From an uncultured bacterium (GTDB lineage: Bacteria > Krumholzibacteriota > Krumholzibacteriia > Krumholzibacteriales > Krumholzibacteriaceae), in the NCBI GenBank assembly GCA_963786935.1, contig CAWBAN010000001.1:640001-704000 (forward strand): DNA of 64,000 nucleotides, read 5' to 3'. Positions 1-9,419 of the stretch are shown piece by piece. Each line of letters opens with the position of its first letter. Positions within the stretch are counted from its first letter, which is position 1. The translations under genes and the position numbers were made by a program. Below the pieces are notes generated by a model, which worked only from the letters and a program-made list of their open reading frames with translations, was not told the DNA's origin and ran no database searches.

Positions 1-756
1 CTCGAGGTGCCGCCGGGCGCGGCGGCGCTCGTGTTCGCGGGATCGCTCCTCGCCGCGGGGCTCACCCCGAGCGTTCTCGAGTACCTGGACGCGAAGACGA
101 TGCGCTGCGTGGGCGAGTATTGCTGCTTCGGCGGCCTCGGGAGGGACTCGAATTTCCTGTTCGTGGAGTTCGACGGCTCGCCCGGCGAAGTCGACGCGCA
201 ACGCTCGCTCCTCGACGAGCGGTCGAGGAAGGCCGGAGCCATCGTCCGGCCGGCGCGGGGCGAACGCGAACGCGATCTCCTCTGGAAGGTGCGCCGCTCG
301 GTGAGCCCGAGCCTCGCCCGGCGGGGTCCGACGAAGGTCAACGAGGACGTGTCGCTTCCGCTCGGCGCCCTCGAAGACGGCGTGCAATTCGTGCACGCGC
401 TGGCCGGCGAGCTCGATCTCGATTGCTACGTGTACGGTCATGCGGGCGACGGGAACCTGCACGTGAACATCATGACGGATCGGCGCCGCCGCGAAGAGAT
501 GGCGCGCGCCGGAATTTTCGTGGAGAAGCTCTTCGGACGCGTCGTCGAGCTCGGCGGGACCCTGAGCGGCGAGCACGGGATCGGTCTCACGAAAAGCCCG
601 TATCTGCGCATGATATTCACTCCTGCGGAGCTCGAGCTCGCCCGCGGCATCAAGGGAGCGATGGACCCCCGGGGGATCCTGAATCCCGGGAAATATTTCA
701 TGGCGCGCGGCCCGGCGGCGCAGCGGAACGGAGCACCATGTTCATCGATCGGGTGA
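1..756 (+). CDS. FAD-linked oxidase (GlcD/D-lactate dehydrogenase family), C-terminal part, 5' truncated by window edge
   Basis: Motifs NEDVSLP, GHAGDGNLHVNI, GTLSGEHGIG and DPRGILNPGK; frame open from position 1. Confidence 0.9.
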   Translation, partial: LEVPPGAAALVFAGSLLAAGLTPSVLEYLDAKTMRCVGEYCCFGGLGRDSNFLFVEFDGSPGEVDAQRSLLDERSRKAGAIVRPARGERERDLLWKVRRSVSPSLARRGPTKVNEDVSLPLGALEDGVQFVHALAGELDLDCYVYGHAGDGNLHVNIMTDRRRREEMARAGIFVEKLFGRVVELGGTLSGEHGIGLTKSPYLRMIFTPAELELARGIKGAMDPRGILNPGKYFMARGPAAQRNGAPCSSIG

Positions 757-1724
757 CGGTTCAGATCAAGGCGGGAAACGGCGGCGACGGCTGCGTCAGC
801 TTCAGGCGCGAGAAGTACGTGCCGCGCGGCGGGCCGGACGGGGGCTTGGGGGGGAAGGGCGGAGACGTCGTCGTGAAGGTCGATCGGGAGATGCGCACGC
901 TCCTCGATCTCTATTACCGAAAAACGATTAAGGCGCAGGCGGGCAAGCACGGGCAGGGGAAGAACATGACCGGCGCGAACGGCGCGGACGAATATATCCT
1001 GGTTCCTCCCGGGACCGTTCTCGAGGACGCCGACACGAAGGAGACGCTCGCCGATCTCAGCGAGCTCGGGGCCGAGTTCGTCGCCGCGCGCGGGGGCCGC
1101 GGGGGAAAGGGGAACTATCTCTTCCGGACGCCGAAGAACCAGGCGCCGCGCACGAGAACCATGGGCGAGCCGGGAGAGGAGCGGCGGCTCGTTCTCACGA
1201 TGAAGCTGATCGCCGACGTCGGGCTCGTCGGGCTCCCGAACGCCGGAAAATCGACCCTCCTGCGGAGCGTGAGCGACGCGCATCCGATCGTGGCCCCCTA
1301 TCCGTTCTCGACGCTCGAGCCGGTGCTCGGCATGGTGAAGATCGGCGCCGGCGCGTCGTTCTGCATGGTGGATATTCCGGGGCTCATCGAAGGCGCGCAT
1401 CGGGGGAAGGGGCTCGGCATCCAGTTCCTGCGCCACATCGAGCGCTGCCGCGTGCTCGTCTTCATCATCGACGCGGCGGGGGAGATCGAGCCGGCTCAGG
1501 CGTACGCGCAGCTGTACAACGAGCTTCGCTCGTACGGCGAAGAGCTCGTCGACAAGCCGCGGCTCATCGCGCTCAACAAGACCGATCTCCTGCCGCCGGG
1601 CGCGCGCACGCCGCGGTTCGACGTGCCCGGCGAGCACGTGTTCAGGATTTCGGCGCTCGGAAAGAAAGGCCTCAAGCCGCTGCTGGCGGCGTCCTACCGT
1701 CTCGTCACCGCGGTTTCACGATAG
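738..1724 (+). CDS. obgE: GTPase ObgE/CgtA
   Basis: Starts MFIDRVTVQIKAGNGGDG at ATG 738; FRREKYVPRGGPDGG, G1 GLPNAGKST, DIPGLIEGA, NKTD. Confidence 0.97.
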   Translation: MFIDRVTVQIKAGNGGDGCVSFRREKYVPRGGPDGGLGGKGGDVVVKVDREMRTLLDLYYRKTIKAQAGKHGQGKNMTGANGADEYILVPPGTVLEDADTKETLADLSELGAEFVAARGGRGGKGNYLFRTPKNQAPRTRTMGEPGEERRLVLTMKLIADVGLVGLPNAGKSTLLRSVSDAHPIVAPYPFSTLEPVLGMVKIGAGASFCMVDIPGLIEGAHRGKGLGIQFLRHIERCRVLVFIIDAAGEIEPAQAYAQLYNELRSYGEELVDKPRLIALNKTDLLPPGARTPRFDVPGEHVFRISALGKKGLKPLLAASYRLVTAVSR

Positions 1725-2934
1725 AGCCCATGAAGAGGACGAGCCCCGTCTCGTTGTCGCGCACGGCGATGAAGAACGGATGGTCGCACACCATCTCGAA
1801 GGGCGCCCGCGGCTCCATGACGGAGGTGAGCCGCATCTCGACCGACGTCGCCGCCGCGGCCTCGGTCCCCTCCTCGTTCACGGCGATATATGTCTTGTGC
1901 AGCACGTCGTGGATGTAGACGTTCGCGCCCTCGGCCTTGATCATGCCGCGGAAATTCGCGCGGTTCCCGTCGAACGCTTCCGACATCCCGAGCGCGGCGA
2001 GAGAGCGCTTGAGAGACGCCTTGAACTCGATGGTGAACCGGGGGAGCGCGATGCGGCCGCTGCGGGGCGCGAAGCCGCCCATCCACGCCTCCCATGAATC
2101 CGCCGTGAGGCTGTCGTTGAACGCGTCGAGACCCTCGCGTTCATCCGGCAGGAAGACGTACATGCTCGTCCGTCCGTCCCCGTACGGGAGGCTCGCGGCC
2201 TGGAAGCCGTTCCCGCGGAAGTAGAGATATTCGCCGCGCCGGTTCATCATCGGGGGCCTCGCCGTCCCGCCGCCGGGCAGGTGGAAGATCTCCTCCTTCG
2301 TGAGTTTCGGATCGAACTCCGTGGTCCACGCGCCCTTGAAATAGACCGCGTTGACGAGGAAGAGAATGCTCGCCGGGTCGATCTCGTCGACGATGCCCTT
2401 GATCCGGTCCCTGGTCTTGTCGGCGACCCAGGCGTTGATCCGATCGGCCGCGCCGGGAGCGCTGAAATCGATCGCCCGCACGTCCGCCCCGTAGTACCGT
2501 TTGTTCCGTTCGAGGAAATCCTTCTTGAAATCGAGTCCCCGCCGCGCCCAGAGGGAATTGGCCACGGAGAGCTCGACGCGCTCGATCGGTCCGTTCATCC
2601 GGGCGATCAGGAGCGAGTCCGCCCCGTTGACGGACGCGAGGTCGTCCGCGGGATAATGGAGCACGCCGGCCATCGCGTCCCGCGTGGCGCCCTCCGCCCC
2701 GTTCATGGTCATTGCGAGCGCGAATCCGACGCTCGCCGGCGAGATGACGAGGTTCTCACCCGCGCCTTCGGCGAGCATGGCGCGGTAGAGATCGAAGCCG
2801 AATGCCGTGTACGTCCCCGCGTCGGCTTTCGCCCGCGCCGGGCGTCCGGATCCTGCGGCCGCGCACGAGGCGTGAGCGAGCAGAAGAGCGATTGACATCG
2901 AGGCCGCGATCATGCGTATTAAACGATGGTTCAT
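1705..2934 (-). CDS. Serpin (serine protease inhibitor) with N-terminal signal peptide
   Basis: NLVISPAS, INAWVADKT, LVNAVYFKGAW, hinge EEGTEAAAAT and DHPF...LFMGSI; RBS GGGGAGG upstream. Confidence 0.95.
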   Translation of the reverse strand: MNHRLIRMIAASMSIALLLAHASCAAAGSGRPARAKADAGTYTAFGFDLYRAMLAEGAGENLVISPASVGFALAMTMNGAEGATRDAMAGVLHYPADDLASVNGADSLLIARMNGPIERVELSVANSLWARRGLDFKKDFLERNKRYYGADVRAIDFSAPGAADRINAWVADKTRDRIKGIVDEIDPASILFLVNAVYFKGAWTTEFDPKLTKEEIFHLPGGGTARPPMMNRRGEYLYFRGNGFQAASLPYGDGRTSMYVFLPDEREGLDAFNDSLTADSWEAWMGGFAPRSGRIALPRFTIEFKASLKRSLAALGMSEAFDGNRANFRGMIKAEGANVYIHDVLHKTYIAVNEEGTEAAAATSVEMRLTSVMEPRAPFEMVCDHPFFIAVRDNETGLVLFMGSIVKPR

Positions 2935-2958
2935 GGTTGACCTCCCCGTTTCGTCCCG

Positions 2959-3231
2959 ATGATAGACCCGGCGCCGGACGGGGGCAACGGATTTCGGCCG
3001 GCCGAGCGCCTCGTCCGCTCGCCGCTCCCTTGCTGCGCCCGGATCGCCGTCCGGCGCCTTGGATCATTTATCTCTGGCTCGCGCACGGGATATTCGTATC
3101 TTTCTCGTACGCTCACGCGGTTCTGCGGCGCCGAGGAGCTCGCGGGCGTCGTCGGCGAGGCGGGTTTTCGGCGCGTGACCTTCCGGCGGCTGACGGGTGC
3201 CGTCGTCGCGGTGCATCGGGCCGTGAGGTGA
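2959..3231 (+). pseudogene. C-terminal remnant of a UbiE/MenG-type methyltransferase
   Basis: GYSYLSRTLTRF..EELA...EAGFRRVTFRRLTGAVVAVHRA resembles the UbiE/MenG C-terminus; the SAM-binding N-terminal part is absent; only 24 bp from the divergent serpin start. Confidence 0.65.
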
Positions 3232-3256
3232 GTCCGCGTCCCGGCGGGAGACCGGC

Positions 3257-4180
3257 ATGGACATGATCAGCGCGAAAAACGTTTCGAAGTCCTTCAAGGA
3301 CGTGCGCGCGGTGCGCGGCGTGAGCCTCGAGTTCAGGAAGGGGCAGTACGTCGCGCTGCTCGGGCCGAACGGCGCGGGGAAAACGACGTTCGTCGAGATG
3401 ATCGAGGGGATCCAGAAACCGGACGAGGGGGAGATCCGGATCCTCGGCCGGAGCTGGAGCTCCGACGAGCGGTATCTCCGGCGCATCATGGGGCTCTCGC
3501 TCCAGGAGACGGCCTATATCGACAAGCTGACCGTCGAGGAGACCCTGAACCTCTTCGCGAGCTTCTTCGGGCTCGGGAAGAACGTGGCGCCGCGGATCCT
3601 CGATCTGATCAATCTCGCGGACAAGCGATCGAGCTACGTCATGAATCTCTCGCACGGGATGCGGCAGCGGCTTTCGATCGGCATCGCGCTCATCAACGAG
3701 CCGGAGATTCTCATCCTCGACGAGCCGACGACCGGCCTCGACCCGGTCGCGCGCCGCGAGATCTGGGACATCCTCCTGAACCTGAAGAAGCGGGACACTT
3801 CGCTCATCCTCACGACGCATTACATGGAAGAGGCCGAGCGTCTGTGCGATTACCTCATCATCATGGACCGGGGAAGCGTGCTCGTCGAAGGGACGCTTCC
3901 CGAGCTGCTCGCCGCGCATATGAGCCGGGAAATCATCTCCTTTACGCTGAGCGAGCGGCGCGACGGCGGATCGTTCGCGGGCATCGCCGGAGCGCTCGAT
4001 CTCGTCTGGGAGGAGGAGGGCATCCGGGGACAGCTCTCCGTGGACGACATCGTCGCCGCTCTGCCGCGCTTCCTCGCGGCCGCCGAACGGGAACGGGTGT
4101 CGCTGCTTGAGCTCGAGTGCCGGAAGATGAATCTCGACGACCTCTTCATATCGCTCACCGGAAGGCGCCTCCATGAATAA
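3257..4180 (+). CDS. ABC-2 type transporter ATP-binding protein
   Basis: Walker A GPNGAGKTT, signature LSHGMRQR, Walker B ILILDEPTTGLD, TTHYMEEAE. Confidence 0.95.
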   Translation: MDMISAKNVSKSFKDVRAVRGVSLEFRKGQYVALLGPNGAGKTTFVEMIEGIQKPDEGEIRILGRSWSSDERYLRRIMGLSLQETAYIDKLTVEETLNLFASFFGLGKNVAPRILDLINLADKRSSYVMNLSHGMRQRLSIGIALINEPEILILDEPTTGLDPVARREIWDILLNLKKRDTSLILTTHYMEEAERLCDYLIIMDRGSVLVEGTLPELLAAHMSREIISFTLSERRDGGSFAGIAGALDLVWEEEGIRGQLSVDDIVAALPRFLAAAERERVSLLELECRKMNLDDLFISLTGRRLHE

Positions 4181-5237
4181 GCCGTTCTTCAACCTCGTGG
4201 CACTGCAGTTCAAGGAGTTCTTCCGCGAGCCGGAGATCATCTTCTGGGCCTTCGTGCTGCCCATCGTCCTCTCGTGGCTTCTCGGCGTCGCGATCGGCTC
4301 CGGGGGAAGCACGGTGTCCGGAACGGTCGCGGTCGTGGAGAGCCCGGAGGCGACGCGGGAATACTGGGCCTCCTGGATCGCCGGCGCGAGGGGGAATTCC
4401 GGGGGGGATCACGACATCGCATTCGAGATCCTCACGAGGGACGAGGCGATCCTCGCGCTCAAGAAAGGGGAGATATCGCTCTTCATCGACCGCGTTCCCG
4501 GAAGCGGCGCGGTGCGCTATTCCTTCGACCCGCGGAGCGGCGAGGCGCGGATGACGCACCTCGTCATCGAGCGCGCGCTCGACGGCGGCCGGCCAGCGGG
4601 GAGGCCCCCCGCGGAGGTCGTCGAGCTGAAGATCCAGGGGACGCGCTACGTCGATTTTCTCGTGCCGGGGCTCCTCGCGATGGATGTCATGAGCTCGGCC
4701 CTCTGGGGGATCGGCTGGGCGCTCATCGAAATCCGCATCAAGAAGCTCCTGCGCCGCATGGCGGCGACCCCGATGCGCAAATCGATGTTTCTCGCGTCCC
4801 ATTTCGTGACGCGCCTCGCCGTGAACACGATCGAGTTTCTCGCCCTCTTCGGCTTCGTGTACTTCTACTTCGGCGTGCGGATCCAGGGAAGCGTCCCCGC
4901 GCTCGTCGCCGTGTTCGTCGCCGGCAACATGGCCTTCGCGGGGCTCTCGATCCTCATGTCGTCCCGCACGGCCAATCCGCGCGTCGGAAACGGCCTCATC
5001 AACGCGATCACGTTCCCGATGACCCTGCTGTCGGGCGTATTCTTCAGCTATCACCATTTCCCCGATTGGGCGATCCCGATCGTGCGGAAGCTCCCGCTCA
5101 CGATGCTCGCCGATTCGATCCGCAGCATCTTCAACGAGGGGGCGGGATTCGCGCACGTCGCGCTCCCCGCGCTCGCTCTCGCGGCGATGGGCGTTGTCTG
5201 CTTCTACGCGGGCATGAAGATATACAAATGGAACTGA
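4173..5237 (+). CDS. ABC-2 type transporter permease
   Basis: Multiple hydrophobic helices, RYVDFLVPGLLA and LSGVFFS motifs; overlaps the ATPase gene. Confidence 0.92.
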   Translation: MNKPFFNLVALQFKEFFREPEIIFWAFVLPIVLSWLLGVAIGSGGSTVSGTVAVVESPEATREYWASWIAGARGNSGGDHDIAFEILTRDEAILALKKGEISLFIDRVPGSGAVRYSFDPRSGEARMTHLVIERALDGGRPAGRPPAEVVELKIQGTRYVDFLVPGLLAMDVMSSALWGIGWALIEIRIKKLLRRMAATPMRKSMFLASHFVTRLAVNTIEFLALFGFVYFYFGVRIQGSVPALVAVFVAGNMAFAGLSILMSSRTANPRVGNGLINAITFPMTLLSGVFFSYHHFPDWAIPIVRKLPLTMLADSIRSIFNEGAGFAHVALPALALAAMGVVCFYAGMKIYKWN

Positions 5238-5367
5238 CCGGCCGCGGGGCGGCTCCGCCGATTTCTCTTTCGCGCGGGCGTTCCGCGTGATACGTTTTCC
5301 CGCGGGATGAGGCGGCGGTCGCGGATTCCCGCGCGCGGCATTCGATGAAACGGCAAGGAGGAACGAT

Positions 5368-6021
5368 ATGAAACGCGTCCGTTCGATGTTGCTGTCGGTC
5401 GTGCTCGCGGTCTGTTTCGCGCTTCCCGTTCTGGCGGAGGCGCCCCAGACGATTCAGCTCCCCGCGCCGCAGATGGACGGGGGCATGCCCCTCATGAAGG
5501 CGATGAAGCTGCGCTGCACGCAGCGGGAGTACGCGGCCGACGCGCTCCCCGCGCAGGAGCTCTCGAACCTGCTCTGGGCCGCGTGCGGCATCAACAGGCC
5601 CGAGAGCGGGAAGCGCACGGCGCCGACCGCGATGAACAAGCAGGAAATCGACGTCTACGCCGCTCTTCCCGAGGGGCTGTACCGGTACGACGCGAAAACG
5701 CACTCGCTGAACCTGATCGTCGCGCAGGATCTCCGCGGAGCCACCGGAAAGCAGGAATTCGTGAAAGATGCGCCGCTCAATCTCGTCTTCGTGGCGAACT
5801 ACGCGAAGATGGGGGAGGGGCCGCAGGAGATGAAGGATTTCTACGCCGCCATGGATACCGGTTACATCAGCCAGAACGTCTATCTCTACTGCGCCTCGGC
5901 CGGACTCGCGACGGTGGCGCGCGGCTGGGTCGACAAGGATGTGCTCTCGAAGGCCATGAATCTCGGGGCCGATCAGAAGATCATGCTCGCGCAGACGGTC
6001 GGCTATCCCCTGAAGAAGTAG
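5368..6021 (+). CDS. Nitroreductase / SagB-ThcOx-like FMN-binding protein with signal peptide
   Basis: LSNLLWAACGINR, RTAPTAMN, GYISQNVYL, AQTVGYP; RBS AAGGAGG; signal peptide ending PVLA. Confidence 0.88.
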   Translation: MKRVRSMLLSVVLAVCFALPVLAEAPQTIQLPAPQMDGGMPLMKAMKLRCTQREYAADALPAQELSNLLWAACGINRPESGKRTAPTAMNKQEIDVYAALPEGLYRYDAKTHSLNLIVAQDLRGATGKQEFVKDAPLNLVFVANYAKMGEGPQEMKDFYAAMDTGYISQNVYLYCASAGLATVARGWVDKDVLSKAMNLGADQKIMLAQTVGYPLKK

Positions 6022-6027
6022 CTCCCC

Positions 6028-6960
6028 TTGATTGCGAAAGACGGGAGGGAGTCGAGAGCGCGCGGGCGCGAATGCGAGGCGTGCCCGCGCGCGTGCGGCG
6101 TCGATCGCGCGGCCGGCGCGCTCGGGTACTGCCGCGCGGGAAGCGGGCTCGAGATCGCGTCGATCTGCCTCCACCGCGGCGAGGAGCCCGTCATCTCGGG
6201 CGAGCGCGGGATCTGCAACGTCTTTTTCCCGCACTGCAACCTCCAGTGCGTCTATTGCCAGAACGAGCAGATCAGCAGGAACGATTCGCCGGCGCGGAGC
6301 ATGAGCCTCGATGACGTCGTCGCGGCCGCGTCCCGCCTGCTCGACGGGGGATCGCCGTCGATCGGGTTCGTGTCGCCGTCGCACATGATTCCCCAGATGC
6401 GCTCGATCGTCGAGGCGCTCCGCGCGACGGGCCGGCGCCCCGTCGTCGTGTTCAACACGAACGCGTACGACCGCCCGGAGACGATCGCCTCGATCGAGGA
6501 TCTCGTCGACGTCTATCTCCCCGATTTCAAATACATGGATCATTCGCTCGCGCTCGAGCTGTCGGGGGCGTGGAACTACCCCGAGGTCGCGCTCGCCGCG
6601 CTTCGGGAGATGCACCGTCAGAAGGGATCGAACCTCGCGCTTCGCGGCGACGGCACGGCCGCCTCCGGTCTCATCGTCCGCCACCTGATTCTCCCCGGGC
6701 AGACGGAGAACAGCAAGGCGGTGCTCAGGGCCGTCGCGGAGGAGCTGTCCCCGTCGGTGCACGTTTCCCTCATGTCGCAGTACTATCCGTCGGCGTCCGT
6801 CGCCGGGCATCCGTGGCTCGGGAGATCGATCACGCGGGGCGAGTACGACGAGGTGCTCGACGAGCTCGAACGGCTCGGGTTCTCGCGGGGATGGGTGCAG
6901 GAGCTCGAGAGCGAGAGGACCTACCGGCCGGATTTCACGAAACCGCATCCGTTCGAATGA
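6028..6960 (+). CDS. Radical SAM protein, PflX-like
   Basis: CEACPRACGVDR..GYC, HRGEEPVISG, CNLQCVYCQN (CxxxCxxC), VYLPDFKY, LIVRHLILPG. Confidence 0.9.
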   Translation: MIAKDGRESRARGRECEACPRACGVDRAAGALGYCRAGSGLEIASICLHRGEEPVISGERGICNVFFPHCNLQCVYCQNEQISRNDSPARSMSLDDVVAAASRLLDGGSPSIGFVSPSHMIPQMRSIVEALRATGRRPVVVFNTNAYDRPETIASIEDLVDVYLPDFKYMDHSLALELSGAWNYPEVALAALREMHRQKGSNLALRGDGTAASGLIVRHLILPGQTENSKAVLRAVAEELSPSVHVSLMSQYYPSASVAGHPWLGRSITRGEYDEVLDELERLGFSRGWVQELESERTYRPDFTKPHPFE

Positions 6961-7011
6961 CGCCCGTCGCCGGCGGCGGCGTCGAACGGCGGGGGCGCCC
7001 GGCGCCGCGGC

Positions 7012-8695
7012 CTACCGGCGCGTCTTTCGCCGCACGGCTTCCTTGATCCGCTGCACGTGCCCTCGCCCGAGCGCCTTGACCTCGCAGCCGAGCTCGAAGT
7101 AGCGCCGGATATCGGCGTCGGAGAGGATGCCGTAGCAATCGATGACGGCGACCGGACCGCCGGCCTTCCGCACGATCCACGACGGATCGAGCTTCAGGTA
7201 CGGATCGTGCGGCACCGCGAAGATGACCGCCTCGACTCCCTTGAGCGCTGCGCCGAGGTCCTTGGCGACCCGGAGCTATTCTCAGATCCTCCTGGTTGCG
7301 GAAGAAGCGGCTCCACGAATGCCCCGGAGACGGGTACGTCTCCTGCATCTCGAGCTCGTACCAGTGTTCGACGTAGGGATCGTGCACGCGCATGTAGGCG
7401 CCCATCTCGGCGAGCTTCCGCAGGACCATCTCGCTCCCGCTGTACCGCGTATCGCCGACATCCTGCCGGTAGCTCGCGCCGCAGACGAGCACCTCGGCGC
7501 CCGCGATGTACCGACCCATGTTCCGCAGGGCGTCGCGGACGAGCTCGGCGACGTGGAGCCCGCGCGTGTCGTTGATGTCGATCGCCGTCGGCGTGATCTT
7601 GAACACGCTGTCGCCGTCCTCGAAGCCGAGGATGTGCTGGTACGCCCAGTAGCCGAGCCCGCCGTCCTTCGGCAGGCAGTAGCCGCCGATGCCGGGGCCC
7701 GGGAATATCATATTGCTGTGCGTCGGGCGCATCCGGATCGCCGTGATGACCTTCGATGAGATCGACGCCGTTGCGCTCGGCGAAGAGACTCCATTCGTTC
7801 AGGAACGCGAGGATCGTCGCGCGGTACGAGTTCTCGACGATCTTCGTCGTCTCGGATTCGATCGGCCGGTCCATGACGGTGAGGGGGAAATCCTTCGTGT
7901 TGAGGACCTCGCGGAGGAACTTCTCGACGCGCTTCGCCGCCTCGGCGTTGCATCCCGAGCAGACGCGCCAGAAATCGCGGATGCTGCGCACGTACTCGCG
8001 TCCCGGCATGACGCGCTCGAAGCTGTGCGCCAGCAGCGGCGCCGATTTGATGCCGCGCTCGGCGAAGGCGCGTTTGAGGATCGGCCACACGACGAACTCC
8101 GTCGTGCCGGGCGCCACCGTCGTCTCGATCAGCACGAGGCATTTCGGCCGCGATCTTCTCGCCGACGGTGCGCATCGTCGCCTCGAGGGCTGCCATGTCG
8201 GCTTCCCCCGTGCGCATGTTGCCGAGGTCGTGCTTGAGGTAGTCGCACTGGACGTCGATGACGACGCAGTCGGCGAGCTTCAGGACGTCGCTCGCGAAGG
8301 TCGCGGTGAAGGGTCTTCTTCTCCTTCACGGTCCGCGCGATGATCTCGTCCACCTCGGGATCCTCCGCCTTGACGGGAGCGGCGCCGCGGTTGAGGACCG
8401 GGATCTTCCAGTAGCTCCGGGTGCTCGGCCGCTGGCAGCCGATGACGAACTTGCCCGGCCGTCCCTTCGCGTCGGTCGTGTCCGCGATGATCGCGGCCAT
8501 GACGACGCCGACGAAACCGACCCCCATGACGACGACGATCTCCTTGCGCTCCCGCCGCGCGCGCCGTACGAGGGCCTCGACGCGTTTGATTTCGGCCGCG
8601 TACTCGTCCGTTCGGGGAAGGGGAAATCGCTCGCCGTCCGGGCTTATCGAAAATTCCGGGGCCGCCGTGAAGCCGACCGCTTTGCGCTGAGCCAT
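7012..8695 (-). CDS. Nucleotide-sugar 6-dehydrogenase (UDP-glucose/GDP-mannose/UDP-ManNAc dehydrogenase family), split by four frameshifts in this sequence
   Basis: Pieces join into one protein: MGVGFVG Rossmann motif, IDVQCDY, LIETTVAPGTT, ERVMPG, ETTKIVENSYRA, GIGGYCLPKD, VHDPYV; breaks near 8310, 8148, 7755 and 7278. Confidence 0.85.
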
Positions 8696-8845
8696 GGAAC
8701 GAACCTCCTCGTCGCGGATATCCGAATCGATCGCGTCGAATTTCGAGGGTACGGGCTCCCGGCGGGAAAGGCCACAGAAAAATCGTCGCGCGCCGCCGTC
8801 GAACGCGCTATACTGCGGGCCGAAACACACCGAGGAGGGCGCGCG

Positions 8846-9190
8846 ATGACTGCGGAACGAAATGCGGAATCGGCCGAGTTCAGGGGAAAGGCTGCGAATC
8901 TCTGCGGGCTCGCCGAATACCAGCGGGGGGCGGTGGTGAGCAGGACGCTCATCGACCGGAAGATCGGCACGGTGACGATCTTCGCGTTCGACGAGGGACA
9001 GGGCTTGAGCGAGCATACGGCGCCGTACGACGCGTTCGTGCACGTCGTCGACGGCGAGGCCGAGATCACGATCTCGGGCGCTCCCCTGACGGCGCGCGCC
9101 GGGGAGATCGTCATCATGCCGGCGGGGGCGCCGCATTCGCTCAGGGCGCTCAAGCGGTTCAAGATGCTGCTCACGATGATACGGGCGTGA
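8846..9190 (+). CDS. Cupin domain protein
   Basis: FAFDEGQGLSEHTAPYDAFV and MPAGAPHSLRA cupin motifs; RBS GAGGAGG before ATG 8846. Confidence 0.9.
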   Translation: MTAERNAESAEFRGKAANLCGLAEYQRGAVVSRTLIDRKIGTVTIFAFDEGQGLSEHTAPYDAFVHVVDGEAEITISGAPLTARAGEIVIMPAGAPHSLRALKRFKMLLTMIRA

Positions 9191-9419
9191 CGCCGGCGGC
9201 GCGCGGAACCCCGCGGGGACCGAACGGCCCCGGGTCCGCGATTCCCCGTTGCGCGGGTTTTCGAAATCGGATAGTCTTCTTCCGCGCGGCAGACGCCGGG
9301 GCGCGGCGGATTCGCGAAGGTGCGGACGATGGGGGATGGGTGCGGGACGGCGGGATCGCCCGTTTTCCATGATCGTATTCCCGTTCGACACATAGCGGCG
9401 CGTGGTGGTGTGGAGGTGG

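Noticed and set aside
120..737. Long N-terminal extensions in the ORF track (obgE, COG2403 gene, lolC/E, mcsB, coaE, anti-sigma)
   Set aside because: They overlap upstream genes in another frame; homology and RBS positions indicate the downstream starts used here
3257..6960. ABC exporter + SagB-like oxidase + radical SAM as a RiPP cluster
   Set aside because: No precursor peptide, YcaO, RRE or SPASM domain seen; the radical SAM is PflX-type and the oxidase appears exported
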